The notes: generated by a model from the letters alone, not told the origin. Shown: positions 32,971 to 44,730, counted from the first letter of the stretch. The stretch: 64,000 bases of DNA from Epithemia pelagica (GCA_946965045.2 OX337230.1:2852001-2916000); one strand, 5' to 3'. Numbers and translations: made by a program.

Positions 32971-34268
32971 TTAGAATGGTGCATCGGTGCTCAGTGACAT
33001 TTCTTCCTTTGTCACTGGGTGTCGGAACTTGAGTGACTTGGCATGAATGCATGCAGACTTGTCTGTTGATGCATCTGCGATGCTCTGCTGCAACGCGACA
33101 TCGGCTCGACTGGGATTGTTCACCACCGAGTTGAGCTCAGAGTCGGCCAGGCCTCCATTGGGCGCCGCATCACCATTCAGTCCATAGGTTCGATCACCCA
33201 CAATGGGGTGACCAAAGGCAGCCAAATGAACATTTAATTGATGAGTTCTCCCTGAAATACTTGTAAGAGAAATACGTGTCACGGGACTACCCTCATATTC
33301 CTCTCTACCCAAAACTTCGTATCTGGTCAAACTATCCTTTGGTGCCTCGAGTAGCTTTTTGCCCACTTCTGTCGGTGACAAATCCGCCAAGGCTCGTTGA
33401 TGCTCGTAAGTGGAGATTCGCATGAAGGGTGGGAATTCGTAGTCTCTCATGAGTGGAAGATTGATCAATCCAGCATCCTTTTCTACATGGCCACACACCA
33501 AGGCTTCGTACTTTCGTTCAATTTGACGTGAACGGAAAATTGCATTCATTCCTCGTACAGCTTCCATAGACTTGGCAAATACGACAAGACCGGAAGTGTC
33601 CATTCCAAGTCGGTGAACGACCATCATGTCTGCTCGGCCCATTTGACAACCATAGGCTTCACAAACAGACTCCGCAAGATTGGGAAAGCCATCGCGGCCT
33701 GGAACGCATAGAACACCAGATGGCTTGTCCACAACAATAATGTGTTCGTCTTCGAAAACTACTTTAATATCCTACAACAGGTGCATCATGGGAAGGAGAG
33801 ATATGTGAGATTGGCGGGAAAGTTTAAAAGCAAGCGACAGGTTATGATTTGGAAACATCTGGAACGATCTGAAATGATCGATATTGATCACATCGCAACA
33901 TCATGAACCATGTCAAACTAAAATCGACTCACCTCCTTGCTCAACTTTGGTGACTTGCTATCCTTTTCGCGAAGCTTTGTCAATTGACTTTCCAGTCGTT
34001 CCTTGATTTCGGAGGCACTCAGAGCCACCGCGGATGGTTCTGCATGTACGCCATTGACAGGTGTATCCTCTCCCACAATATCAACATCCGCTTCTACCAG
34101 TGTTTCAGTAGTTTCTACTGTTGCGAACAATGGACTTCCATTTCTCCGTTCTGGGGCATACAAAATGGTGTTGTGTTGTTGCTGAGAGACTGTCAAAGGA
34201 ACAAAGGCATTACTTGACAGCGTACTCCATGATGACACGACAGCGGCAATGGCGAGTCCCAGCTTCAT
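32971..34268 (-). CDS. Plastid-targeted RluA-family pseudouridine-synthase-like protein with Gly at the catalytic Asp; join(34268..33933,33771..32971)
   Basis: VDKPSG, HRLGMDTSG, SGRTHQLNVHLAAFGHPIVGD..YG, IHA..L.F.HP; signal peptide plus SNAFVP; phase-0 GTGAG...TAG intron. Confidence 0.88.
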
Positions 34269-34500
34269 TATGACGGCGAATTAAGGCGAGGTATATGCAC
34301 TACAATGTGAAACTAGTTGTTGATTGGATCACCTTTCGGTTAATAGAGCCGGCTGCAAAGTTGTTGATGACAGGCACCTGCTGTGGTTGATGGTTCTTCT
34401 TTCCCACTCTACGTAGGATTTGATGTATGATTTGATCGAAAAAACACGGGTGATGATGTATGATGGGCTGGTTGATGGCCACGAGAAGACGCGGGGTTCT

Positions 34501-34700
34501 NNNNNNNNNNNNNNNNNNNNNNNNNNNNNNNNNNNNNNNNNNNNNNNNNNNNNNNNNNNNNNNNNNNNNNNNNNNNNNNNNNNNNNNNNNNNNNNNNNNN
34601 NNNNNNNNNNNNNNNNNNNNNNNNNNNNNNNNNNNNNNNNNNNNNNNNNNNNNNNNNNNNNNNNNNNNNNNNNNNNNNNNNNNNNNNNNNNNNNNNNNNN
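34501..34700. other. Assembly gap (200 N)
   Basis: Run of N. Confidence 1.
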
Positions 34701-34850
34701 AGAGGTAACGAGTGGTAGGTGCCAGTGCCATCATTCTTGTGACAAAGTCCCTGGTCCCTGGTTGCCGGAATGTCGGTGGCCAGGGACTGCCATAACGCAC
34801 TCAGTTGGATAGGTCAGCCTCCCAACCATAATGGAAAGAATGCAATATTC

Positions 34851-36221
34851 TCAATGGGAACCAGTACCGAGCGATCCATCCCAATCCGCATAGTCAAACA
34901 CGAGTTGGAGGCGACAGTCTTTTGCGCCAGAGTCGTTGGGACTCTGAATAGTTCGCTGACAAGTACAGAAGCGACGATGAATTCGTTCCAAAATATCGTG
35001 TTGCAAGTCATCTACCACCGATGGGGGTGTAAACCCATCCAAACAGCTCCGTGCAATCGTCACGAGAAACGGAGGTGTCGATACCTGTTCCAAACGGCTG
35101 CTGAGGTGATCCAAGGCGATCTCAAGGAGACGATCCGATCGATTCCGTCCTCGGTCGGGGAAATGGGGCAGGTGCAAATACAGCAGTGCCTCTGTTCCAA
35201 GAGAACAAAGTTCGTCACTTGAAGTAGATGAGAGTTTTGAAAGAGATGCCAAAAGTGCCTCCACATGAGCTGTCAGAACTTGCGTAGAGTCATAAAACTG
35301 GTGCAACGTGGAGAGATCCAAGTCCTGCATCTGCCGCTTCTTCCGAATGTCCTCAAGAAGGGATCCAATGACCTGACGGAACAAGACGAAGGAATCGTGA
35401 TCGTGCAGCGTATTGGTCTGTTCCTGGTAGATTGTTGCTTCAGTCACCAATTGAGTGAGGGACGATGCAAAGTCCACACTGATAGCCTCCATGTCGACCA
35501 GATAGGGATTGACACATACAAAGTAGTCCAGGCATACATCTAGCATCCAAGGCACCGCTCCGGTCGGGAAACAAGAGTCGTCCCTGGAGGAAGATTCCGA
35601 CGATGTGACGTGCAAGCACAGCTCTTGCGACAAACAGAGTTGTTCGGTGGGGACATAGCAATCCTCTTGGTCGTCACGATAGTACAATGAGTTCCAATCG
35701 ACCTTGACACAGGCTGATTGAGGAAGATCCAAAAACGATTCTGGATTTGTTTTGGTTTTGGTTTCCCACCATGCTCCGACCCGAAAGGTATGGGTTCCCA
35801 ATGGCATTTGAGACTTTTGGCCTTGTGGGAGTTGTGGTCGCACCCATTCCATCACTTGCAAGCCACCCGCCAATACGAGTGGAAGAATCCATTCCGCAAT
35901 CCCGGTCGTTGTTTCCAGCATATCATAGAGATTGGACGACGTTGATTCTCCAGCTTCAGTTTCTACTTCCCATTCGTGTCCGGGTCGAAAGCAGGCTCCG
36001 GCAGGGATGCCACGGTTGGGACATGCCAAATCGGGATGGGCGTCGAAATGAAGCATTTGCCACGCATTGTGTTGAGGACTGTTATTTTTGCCAAGTTTCC
36101 TTCTTTTACGTCTCGCTAGTTGACGGCGAAGAATGTAGTGAATATGCTTCAGAACGTGGTGATGTGGTTCCACGACAACAACAAAGATATCTTGTTGTTC
36201 GTCATGGTCCATTCCTTCCAT
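34851..36221 (-). CDS. UPF0489 (C5orf22-like) protein
   Basis: VVVEPHHHVL, LHFDAHPDL, GIAEWILPLV, LDVCLDYF..NP motifs. Confidence 0.8.
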   Translation of the reverse strand: MEGMDHDEQQDIFVVVVEPHHHVLKHIHYILRRQLARRKRRKLGKNNSPQHNAWQMLHFDAHPDLACPNRGIPAGACFRPGHEWEVETEAGESTSSNLYDMLETTTGIAEWILPLVLAGGLQVMEWVRPQLPQGQKSQMPLGTHTFRVGAWWETKTKTNPESFLDLPQSACVKVDWNSLYYRDDQEDCYVPTEQLCLSQELCLHVTSSESSSRDDSCFPTGAVPWMLDVCLDYFVCVNPYLVDMEAISVDFASSLTQLVTEATIYQEQTNTLHDHDSFVLFRQVIGSLLEDIRKKRQMQDLDLSTLHQFYDSTQVLTAHVEALLASLSKLSSTSSDELCSLGTEALLYLHLPHFPDRGRNRSDRLLEIALDHLSSRLEQVSTPPFLVTIARSCLDGFTPPSVVDDLQHDILERIHRRFCTCQRTIQSPNDSGAKDCRLQLVFDYADWDGSLGTGSH

Positions 36222-36735
36222 CTTCCTGAAAAGATTCTTGTCGGTGTCACACAAAAGATACGCTGGGCTCTGTTATTCATCCCATTATTATCGACGACTA
36301 AAACGCGTCTGAAATTGTATTTTCTTCTTTGGTCGCTGGAAAGGCGCGTGCGCACTTCAGCGTTTTTCGAACGTTTGGTAACAAAATCGATGTCTTGACT
36401 TGCTTCCATCAATTTGCCCGAACAAGGAATCTGCAGACATCAGTCACATTTTCATGTCTTTGGGGCGTACGACATTCAACTTGACTTCATCACCACACAG
36501 ACACACTTTTTCTCTTCTTGGTAGAAGAGAGAGAGACAGAGCTGTTATCGCGGTGACACTTGTGAGAAAAACGTATCCAACGATCCCTCCATCTGACCCT
36601 TCCTGCAACGGTTCCTTCTTGTTTCAGTTGAGATTGTCTCTCACTCTCGTTGTTACCTGAAGCGTGTGATTGTCGGTCACTGTCTCAAGTTGTCGAATTG
36701 TCGATTGCTCGACACCACAAGCACACAAGAAGACC

Positions 36736-39700
36736 ATGCCTCCTCAAGTGGACGAGGTGAATCGATTGGTTCTCCAAGATGGTACGGCCGATGAGACGAC
36801 GAGTCTCATGGCCCTGTCGCCAGCGGTGCACTCGGCAGAACGTGATTCACAAAAGGACCTGGCCTCTCTAGAAGTGAGTTATTTGGAAAGGATGCGCTTT
36901 TGGAAACAAGACACCAATAGCTTTTCCATGGCGGGGTCCAAGAACCATCGACGGTCCATGAGGGTGAACAAGGCCCTATTGGCTTTGGTTTCCACGATTA
37001 CAATGACTGTTTTATGCATACTGTACAAACAAGGAATCTTTTCCCAAGAAGGAGTCAAGCCTTCTGATATGGACTATCTCGCCTGTCAAACAGCTTTGTC
37101 GACGTTGGATCCGGTTCATGACCTTGGTGTACCAGGATATCATCGCCCAAATACCTCCGTCCCTTCGTCGATTCTCCACCGATACAGAGAACACCACAAA
37201 AAGACACGAGCCATTCCGACCAACGCTTGGTATCAAAACTTTTTGCTGCTGGAACCAAACGACGAACCGTCGATTCTCCATCGAGCCTACACCATTCCGT
37301 ACGTGGTCGATGCTGCAGGACCCATTCCTGGTTTGCGTATCCATACGAACCACATTGATTCGACCACGACAGTTCTTCAACTGAACGTGAATGACTTGCA
37401 TGGCATCACCATGGGTGTGGCACATTCGACGTCGGGATCGTCGTTGGTGGACTGGAACAAGGTTTATACAGTCGAAGAAATGACACAGCTGGCCATTACG
37501 TTGAGTTGGGTACGACACATTGTGCTTGAATGGATATACAACCGCTACCTCTCCATGTCTAACCTGTTTTGCCTCTCTATGACCCAGGATGACTTTGGTA
37601 TGTCGACTCCAATTGTGAAAGGCATGGCTTATGCCACAATGTCGTACAAAAGTTTGTCCATATCTGATCCAATAAGTGGACAAGAGCTCTCACCGGCCAT
37701 TGCCACCGAGGTCCCTCTCAGTGGCCATGTGATTGTGGACAAGTCATCCAAAATGCCGTGTACAACCGACGACGACGAATCAAAGAGCTCTGCCTTTGTC
37801 GTTCAGAAGGAACTTGAACTGTATTCTCCAGAAAGCGATTTCACATGGTTGGTTTTTGTGTCGGAGCCGGTCAAGATCACATGTCAGACTCATGGGGCCA
37901 CTACCCTTATCCGAGTTGTCGGCGGAAGTCGTTTGCGCAACCAGGATGATCCATTCTTTTTCCGAACTGCTCTGTTCAAGCCTTGCACCAAGGGCATGAA
38001 TCCAGTCTACTGTCATCAAGAACAGATGCATCCCACCGCGCTTCATATCGGCCAGGGTGACTATGGAGAAGTTTTGCGCGAGCATGCACATTTGTTTCCT
38101 GGTTCTAAAGCGGCAGTTTCTTACGAATTCGATCGAAATGAGGACGTTACAGAACTAGTGTTTGATTGGGATGTGCAATCGATTGGTGCACCACTTTACT
38201 CAACTCCAAAGAGCAACATGAGCGCCGTGAAAGAAGTCATTACGTATGCGCTTCCCCATCATATGGACATGATGCAGAATCAACCCCCATCTGATTTTTT
38301 GTATTTTGCTCCGTCCCTGATCGGACCAGCTCTTCTCGTCGAAGGATCCTCGTGGAGTCTGGTGGAAAAAATGCCACGAATCAGCTTTCGGGCTGAGCGA
38401 CCCCCCGCCCAATGGTCTTTCCGCGAACTTTCGGATAGCCTTTCCAAGGACATTGACTACAGGCTACCGGGGTTCTTTCAACGAGGAGCTGGGGACACAT
38501 ACTTTTCAGGGAAGATGCTGGCCAGATTGGGTCGTATTTTGATGATATCCGAAGAACTCCGCGAACTCTGCAAGGAACCCGTTGAGCCATACTACAGTGC
38601 TTGCAAAAATGTCACTTTGCCAACGAAAAGACAAATGACAGATGCGATCCAGGCGCTTCGATCATCGGTGGAGGTGTGGATTAACGGTACCGGCGAAACA
38701 CCGTTTGTCTATGACCATGCATGGGGTGGCATTGCGAGTTGTGGTTGCGACTTCAACAGTAAGAAAGCAAAGTGTGAGAACCAGTTTCCGAATTGCCCCG
38801 CGTTTGGAAATCCTGGGTTAAATTTCGGGAATGCCTTCTACAATGACATGCACTTCCATTACGGATACCATATTTTCGGCGCTGCGGTTGCGGCACATTT
38901 TGACCCCCATTGGGGCAAGCAGCATTTTGAGCAAGTCTTGCTCCTTGTGCGGAACATTGCAAACCCTTCGGAAGATGATGAATATTTCCCAATCATGCGG
39001 CACAAGGATGTCTACCAAGGACATTCGTGGGCGAGTGGCATAGCAACTTCGCCGTTGAATGGTCGAAACCAAGAATCATCGTCCGAATCTCTTGCGTCCT
39101 ACGAATCAATCGCCCTTTACGGATCTGTGATGGCATCTATATTTGCTGGAAAAGGTGAATCCAAAGAACAACTCAACAAAGCAGTTGAAGTTCGTCGTGT
39201 CGGCAAGCTAATGACCGCCAGTGAACTCAGGGCAACCAGACGGTACTACCACATTAACCGGAAGAGTAATGTCAAGATATATCCGGAGGGATACACCCCA
39301 AATGTGGTAGGCATTATGTGGCAAACAATGGCACAATTTCAAACGTGGTTTGGTAACTCTCCCTACCTCCCCATTGGAATACAGCTTCTTCCCCTCACGC
39401 CAATTGCGGGACACAGAGACGACGTTGATTGGGCCAAAAGCATGTACCCATCGTTTGAAGCTGCATGCGACGCAGACGAAGTATGCGAGGAACAGGGTTG
39501 GTCTATTTTGAAACTTGGGGCCCTTGCTACTGTTGGCCATGGACGACTGGCCTTGTCTCGAGCCCGGTTGCTTCCAGACGAGGTTTTCGAAAGTGCTGGT
39601 GGGAACGGACACTCATTGACCAACACTCTTTGGTTTATTGCAACGAGGGCCCCTGTCGAAAATCCCCTGCCCTTGGATGAAGCTTCCTCAACTAGTGTAC

Positions 39701-40371
39701 AGCCCAACAAGCCATTCCCTGAAGAGAGTGTGTTGACAGATTGCTACATGCCCGAAACATGTACTGAATATGTTTTGGATACAATTGTCGAGCTTTACAC
39801 GTGTAGGCAACGCATTCATTGGCTAATCAATACAATGGAAATGTCACAAAAAGATGCTTGTGTTCAGGTTGCCGCCGTGGAATGGCCACGGGAATGCGGC
39901 AAGTGCAATCCTCTAGCCAATTATACTGAAACCATTAAAAATGCTGAAGCAGAAGCGGCTCGTCGCTGCCCACCATGCTCACAGCAGCAGTGTCACAGTG
40001 ATTTGAACCGCTGCCCTGTATACGAAAGGACCTATGTCTGTACTGGAGGACCCAACGAAGGCGGGTGTTCCGGTTTTCCATGGTATTTGGATAGTGCCCT
40101 TTGTACTGAATGCTGTGACCTGACGGATTGCCCCAAAATCTCGCCTTTGGAAGTGCCAGCGGTGGAGGCCACAGATGAGAGTGAGCCCAATTGCCCTACT
40201 TGTACAGAAGAAGAATGTTTGTCCGCGAAAGGCGGCCTGTGTCCAATTCAAGGGGCACCATTCTTGTGCATTGCTGGAGCTAGTAAGGGTGGTTGCTCAC
40301 CACGCCCATGGCAGCTGCAAGATGGCCAGTGCCACAAATGCTGCACAGTCCCTCAGAGCTGCTTGGAATAA
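36736..40371 (+). CDS. GH81 endo-beta-1,3-glucanase with N-terminal TM anchor and C-terminal Cys-rich modules; probable in-frame intron 37510-37587
   Basis: PTNAWYQN, DTYFSGKMLA, YNDMHFHYGY, GRNQESSSES (catalytic ExxxE); 78-nt GT...CAG segment with CTAAC branch point. Confidence 0.92.
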   Translation: MPPQVDEVNRLVLQDGTADETTSLMALSPAVHSAERDSQKDLASLEVSYLERMRFWKQDTNSFSMAGSKNHRRSMRVNKALLALVSTITMTVLCILYKQGIFSQEGVKPSDMDYLACQTALSTLDPVHDLGVPGYHRPNTSVPSSILHRYREHHKKTRAIPTNAWYQNFLLLEPNDEPSILHRAYTIPYVVDAAGPIPGLRIHTNHIDSTTTVLQLNVNDLHGITMGVAHSTSGSSLVDWNKVYTVEEMTQLAITLSWVRHIVLEWIYNRYLSMSNLFCLSMTQDDFGMSTPIVKGMAYATMSYKSLSISDPISGQELSPAIATEVPLSGHVIVDKSSKMPCTTDDDESKSSAFVVQKELELYSPESDFTWLVFVSEPVKITCQTHGATTLIRVVGGSRLRNQDDPFFFRTALFKPCTKGMNPVYCHQEQMHPTALHIGQGDYGEVLREHAHLFPGSKAAVSYEFDRNEDVTELVFDWDVQSIGAPLYSTPKSNMSAVKEVITYALPHHMDMMQNQPPSDFLYFAPSLIGPALLVEGSSWSLVEKMPRISFRAERPPAQWSFRELSDSLSKDIDYRLPGFFQRGAGDTYFSGKMLARLGRILMISEELRELCKEPVEPYYSACKNVTLPTKRQMTDAIQALRSSVEVWINGTGETPFVYDHAWGGIASCGCDFNSKKAKCENQFPNCPAFGNPGLNFGNAFYNDMHFHYGYHIFGAAVAAHFDPHWGKQHFEQVLLLVRNIANPSEDDEYFPIMRHKDVYQGHSWASGIATSPLNGRNQESSSESLASYESIALYGSVMASIFAGKGESKEQLNKAVEVRRVGKLMTASELRATRRYYHINRKSNVKIYPEGYTPNVVGIMWQTMAQFQTWFGNSPYLPIGIQLLPLTPIAGHRDDVDWAKSMYPSFEAACDADEVCEEQGWSILKLGALATVGHGRLALSRARLLPDEVFESAGGNGHSLTNTLWFIATRAPVENPLPLDEASSTSVQPNKPFPEESVLTDCYMPETCTEYVLDTIVELYTCRQRIHWLINTMEMSQKDACVQVAAVEWPRECGKCNPLANYTETIKNAEAEAARRCPPCSQQQCHSDLNRCPVYERTYVCTGGPNEGGCSGFPWYLDSALCTECCDLTDCPKISPLEVPAVEATDESEPNCPTCTEEECLSAKGGLCPIQGAPFLCIAGASKGGCSPRPWQLQDGQCHKCCTVPQSCLE

Positions 40372-41005
40372 GTTTGTCCATATTGTGCATACTTTATCGA
40401 ATCATCCGGGACAAAGAAAGAAAAACTGTCTATAATTGGTTTACTGTGTTCAATTGTTTTCCACATTACCCGGAGTTAAGGAACAAAACTGTTTAAAATT
40501 CTTGGTTTTCATTGTATTCAAATTTCATTTTTCACGAGGCGTAGAAATTGACATGCGATGTACTCCTCCAATTTAGTGAGTCAGTCACTTGAATGGCGTT
40601 GTCTCATCACCTTCACTACTTGTTTTATGTGATCGTCTGGTATGTCAATAGGCGAGCTGCGATTAGTTCATGGCTTATCTCGAAGGATGAAAAAACATTA
40701 GGCCGGTAATGAGAACAAATCTTGAGAGGGCTGACTCGCGATTGTTCCAATAGAATTTGGTGCGTGTGGGATGGCAGTCATCGTTACCCCTCTGTTTTCC
40801 CTACCGAAAATGGGAAAACCTATTCCTCCGTATCAAAGTGTCGACATTCTCGGAAGTGATGTATCTGTTGGTTGTACCTCCGTCCCTTCCTCCGTCTTGA
40901 CGTTTTGCACCCAGTTCGAGAACAAGAGGGCATGGTAAGCGACGAATCGGTTTCATTCGATTCGGTAGAGACACGAGAATAGGCTGGATGACAATGTGGT
41001 TGTCG

Positions 41006-42721
41006 TCATGGTGGTGGCGTCGCGGAAACTTGAATAATATCCCATCGTACTTCTTCTGGGACAAGATAAGTATCCACGTCGCAACTGCCGCCATCGCACA
41101 AGACTGTTTCGTCGTATAGTCGATCCGCCACAGAGGTGGCCATGTCAGTGACAACGTAGGTACTTTGACAGCAGGCGGCGTAGTGCCAGGGTAACAATCC
41201 ATCGTGGTCCGTCGTGACCATGGCCGTCGGATAGGATTGCATCAAGACATTGACAACCGTTTGATCAGATTTCGTCGGGAAAGCCGAATCCGGAGCTTGT
41301 CGATGTCGTTGTTCGTGGATTCCCAAGGCTACGGCGGCATAATGCAAGGGCAGCCGACCCTTGGTATCGGGAATGGAGGCAGCTTCCGGATAGAGTTCCA
41401 ACAAGAACTGGACTATTTCCACTGCATCCATGGATCGTGAGGCGGCGGCATAATGCAGGGGCAATCGTTGCAAAGTCCCATCCGGCAGAGTCAACACTCG
41501 ACGATTGGCAGCAGGAGCGGTGCTCGAGTCACCGCCCTTGTCCAAAGATTGCATCTCATCGCCGTCACCTCGTCCAGATACCCATTCCTGGGCACGTTGC
41601 AGTGTCATGGATTCCGATACCAACGCCAAGGGAAGGAGTTGGCCGTTCCAGTGTGAATTGTCAAAGACCAAATTGGACTTGTGCCATGTGACTTGTTCGG
41701 GCCATTGTCGTACCAATGTATAAATCACGTCCAAGGATGCCTTGTCATGGATACAGGCATGCAACAAGGGTGTAGCATTGTGGGTGTCTTGCATCAACAG
41801 GGCACGAGGAAATCGATCGGCCAACAATTGGACCATGGCCAAATGGTTGTTGGGTGCGCTCCAAAACGCATTGCCAGTGCTCCCACTCGTGGTTTCCGCG
41901 GCGGCTACCGCCTTGTGCAAGGGCAATTGTCCATGAGCATTGGGAATGGCTTCTCGCAAAACACTGGGTGCCTGGTCAATCAAGAATTCCACAACACGAG
42001 CCGGTGCCATGGAACCTCGCGCATTGAGTTGCATGGCACAATCCAATGGAAAGTGACCGTTATTGTCGGGATGCCACAAGGCGTCAGGAAATCCTTGAAC
42101 CAAAATTTGAATCAAGGCCAAATTGCCTCGAATGACATGGTTCGATGCCTCATCGTTTGCTACAGCAGTGTCCTCATTGGTTGTAGTTCGTCTGCCGTGG
42201 TTGCTGGTATTGCTATGGCTCCTTTTCGTTGTCCAGCCGGTGTCATCGTTCCGGGGAACCGAACATGCTACATGTAACGGAAATTGTCCATGAGAATTTT
42301 CATGTACCAACGCTTCCGGTCCTTGTTGAACAAGGTATTGCACAGTGGTCGCCAAGTCTTCTTCCAGTAGTGTCGTCGACTCCTCTTCCTGCTGCGTGCT
42401 GGCAAGGCGATCACCCGCTTCCCACAGCACAACTTCGAGAGGAAGTCGTCGTCCAGGACCATGATCTTCAGTCAACAAGGCTTGAGGATGGGATTCCACC
42501 AAAACTTGAATCAGGTCCAATCGAGTCGGCAAAAAGGCCACACAAATATGCAACAAGGTTTGCCCATTGTAATCCACGAAACGAGCCGCCGATGGATCTC
42601 TTTCCAACAAATCTCGAATGTCTTGCACGGATGGCGTTTCATGGCCACTGCTGGTCAAGGGATTGAGAGCAGCAGCTAAATCATAGGCATCTTCTAAGTG
42701 CCGCCGATTCGGGGCCGCCAT
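41006..42721 (-). CDS. Ankyrin-repeat-like protein
   Basis: Repeated GQTLLHIC / GQFPLHVAC / GQLPLHKAV / ATPLLHAC / RLPLHYAA units, each followed by V..L...YP.A; likely ATG at 42721. Confidence 0.85.
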   Translation of the reverse strand: MAAPNRRHLEDAYDLAAALNPLTSSGHETPSVQDIRDLLERDPSAARFVDYNGQTLLHICVAFLPTRLDLIQVLVESHPQALLTEDHGPGRRLPLEVVLWEAGDRLASTQQEEESTTLLEEDLATTVQYLVQQGPEALVHENSHGQFPLHVACSVPRNDDTGWTTKRSHSNTSNHGRRTTTNEDTAVANDEASNHVIRGNLALIQILVQGFPDALWHPDNNGHFPLDCAMQLNARGSMAPARVVEFLIDQAPSVLREAIPNAHGQLPLHKAVAAAETTSGSTGNAFWSAPNNHLAMVQLLADRFPRALLMQDTHNATPLLHACIHDKASLDVIYTLVRQWPEQVTWHKSNLVFDNSHWNGQLLPLALVSESMTLQRAQEWVSGRGDGDEMQSLDKGGDSSTAPAANRRVLTLPDGTLQRLPLHYAAASRSMDAVEIVQFLLELYPEAASIPDTKGRLPLHYAAVALGIHEQRHRQAPDSAFPTKSDQTVVNVLMQSYPTAMVTTDHDGLLPWHYAACCQSTYVVTDMATSVADRLYDETVLCDGGSCDVDTYLVPEEVRWDIIQVSATPPP

Positions 42722-43047
42722 GGTGCACAATGCGTACGCACACCCCCGGCCACAAGGAAAATTTGGGGGCAAGAAATGACTCAGTCGAATGTTCAGACCG
42801 AGCTGCGACAGGATCACGACCAAACGACTCATGGGAGATAATTCGTGGGCAATAATAATGCTATGCAACATGCCACCCTCCGCGCCGGGGGACCTATTGT
42901 GCCTTACAATATCCGTGCTCAGCCGACAAGCGATGGCAGGCACAAAACCTCCAAGCGCATGTAACACTATTATTTTGATATTGATTGCACAAAGATCTAT
43001 CCATTACCATACAAACCGTTGAGAGAACAAGCTATCCTAACATTATC

Positions 43048-44730
43048 ATGACGGAATCGACGTGTCAAAAGGTGCCGAGATGGTCTTCCCGAAAGAAACT
43101 GATTGTTTTCGGAAGCCTCGTCATGTTTATTGGCGCTCCGCTCTATTCGTCCGTATCCTATTCTTCCTGGTGGTCGTCACATCCCATTTCCTCTCACAAA
43201 CCCACTCAGGCGCAACAACACCAGCAAACAAATGAGTCAAACTTGAATCTCACGCGCAGTTCCTCGACTGGTGCTGGAGAATCCGATCGCCTGGCTGCCC
43301 AAAATACCACTCATACCCCTTTTCGTGGAGCAGTATCTGAGAAGGAGGAAGAGCCCCCAGAAATGGATGAGCGTGGACAAGGAAAACTGGTGGCCAACTT
43401 TGTAAGCGTCTCGACCATTCACGGGTGTGCTAGTACTATACTTTTTCCGTATCCTCATTCCCAACTTTCGCCTCTTTTCGTTGCTCTCTTTTTTTCTTTT
43501 CTTGCCCACCAGCGCAATCTGTCGTACAAAGTACCAGTCGCACGATTTCCTCATCTGATTCAAAAACAAAAGCAACAAGAAGGCCAAGAAACAAGTGCAA
43601 AACCACTCCTGGTGGTTGGTGTCTTGTCCAAGGCGTCCAACCAAGATCGTCGTCAAGCCATTCGACAAACCTGGGCCTGGAATCGAACCAATGTATTCTT
43701 TCTCGTGTCGGGTCCATGGACCAGTAAGCTCCAAACAGAGGTAGACGAGCACCAGGACTTGATTTGGATGGACGATCCCGATGAATATCGCCGACTCTCC
43801 TGGAAGGTTTTTGGCTTTTTTCACTCGGTCCACACCTACTTGGGTCGCTATTACAGCCATGTTTTCAAAACCGATGACGACTCCTTTGTCAATGTGGGGT
43901 ACATTGAACAGTCGTTGGTGTCACAGCGGACACCAGAAAATCAAAACGATTATGGTAGGTATCAAAATGCATGGAGATGTGCTTTGCTGTTAGAAAACTG
44001 TGGTCGATTCACTCACCAGAGAATGATTCAACTCTTTCCTTCGGTCTTTTTTCTCTCTCGGTGGCATTTGTTCTGCTCCTACATCAGCAAAGTTGGCTTT
44101 TGCATGAGACAAGTGCCACCATCAAGTAACATGTTACAAAAAGAGTATCCAGTATATTCCAGTGGAGCAGGCTATCTAATGTCAAGGAGATTCCTGCAAT
44201 GCGCGGTGAGTGCCCTCCCTCACCGTGACTTTTGGCACAACGAAGATGCCAACACGGGTGGTCTCGCACGATTCTGTAAGGTCCCCTGTACCCACGACGG
44301 CCGTATTTCACCATGGATACCGAAAACGGGAAGCCGGTATGGTCTGTTGGGAGGCGACGTTTTTGTGCAACATTACATTAAATCAAATCTGGTCATGGCC
44401 TGGCATCACAAGTTGGCCTGTGAAGGACCGATTGCAGACAAGACGAGTTGTCGTCCTGAGCCGCTTGACCCTATTGAAATGGTTGACATCGAGTCTCGTC
44501 CGATTTCCTGTGGAGGTCACATGGAGAAGAGCTGTAGTCAATGTCCCGGAGGACACGGCATGATATGGTGCAATGGCATGTGTCATTGGAGTGCCGAGGG
44601 AGTGATCAGCGATGGGAACCACTCTGCATCGGATCCCATTTCCGAATTTTATCGAGCATATGATCTCAAACATGGTAGGGACAAGGGAGATCAACGATGT
44701 GTCCTTCTGGATTATCAATGCCTTGAGTGA
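43048..44730 (+). CDS. GT31 galactosyltransferase-like type II membrane protein; probable in-frame introns 43402-43512 and about 43955-44092
   Basis: RRQAIRQTW, FKTDDDSFVN, YSSGAGYLMS, EDANTG; C-terminal SCGGH..SCSQCP.G.G..WCNGMCHW module; GTAAG/GTAGG donors with pyrimidine tracts. Confidence 0.85.
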   Translation: MTESTCQKVPRWSSRKKLIVFGSLVMFIGAPLYSSVSYSSWWSSHPISSHKPTQAQQHQQTNESNLNLTRSSSTGAGESDRLAAQNTTHTPFRGAVSEKEEEPPEMDERGQGKLVANFVSVSTIHGCASTILFPYPHSQLSPLFVALFFSFLAHQRNLSYKVPVARFPHLIQKQKQQEGQETSAKPLLVVGVLSKASNQDRRQAIRQTWAWNRTNVFFLVSGPWTSKLQTEVDEHQDLIWMDDPDEYRRLSWKVFGFFHSVHTYLGRYYSHVFKTDDDSFVNVGYIEQSLVSQRTPENQNDYGRYQNAWRCALLLENCGRFTHQRMIQLFPSVFFLSRWHLFCSYISKVGFCMRQVPPSSNMLQKEYPVYSSGAGYLMSRRFLQCAVSALPHRDFWHNEDANTGGLARFCKVPCTHDGRISPWIPKTGSRYGLLGGDVFVQHYIKSNLVMAWHHKLACEGPIADKTSCRPEPLDPIEMVDIESRPISCGGHMEKSCSQCPGGHGMIWCNGMCHWSAEGVISDGNHSASDPISEFYRAYDLKHGRDKGDQRCVLLDYQCLE

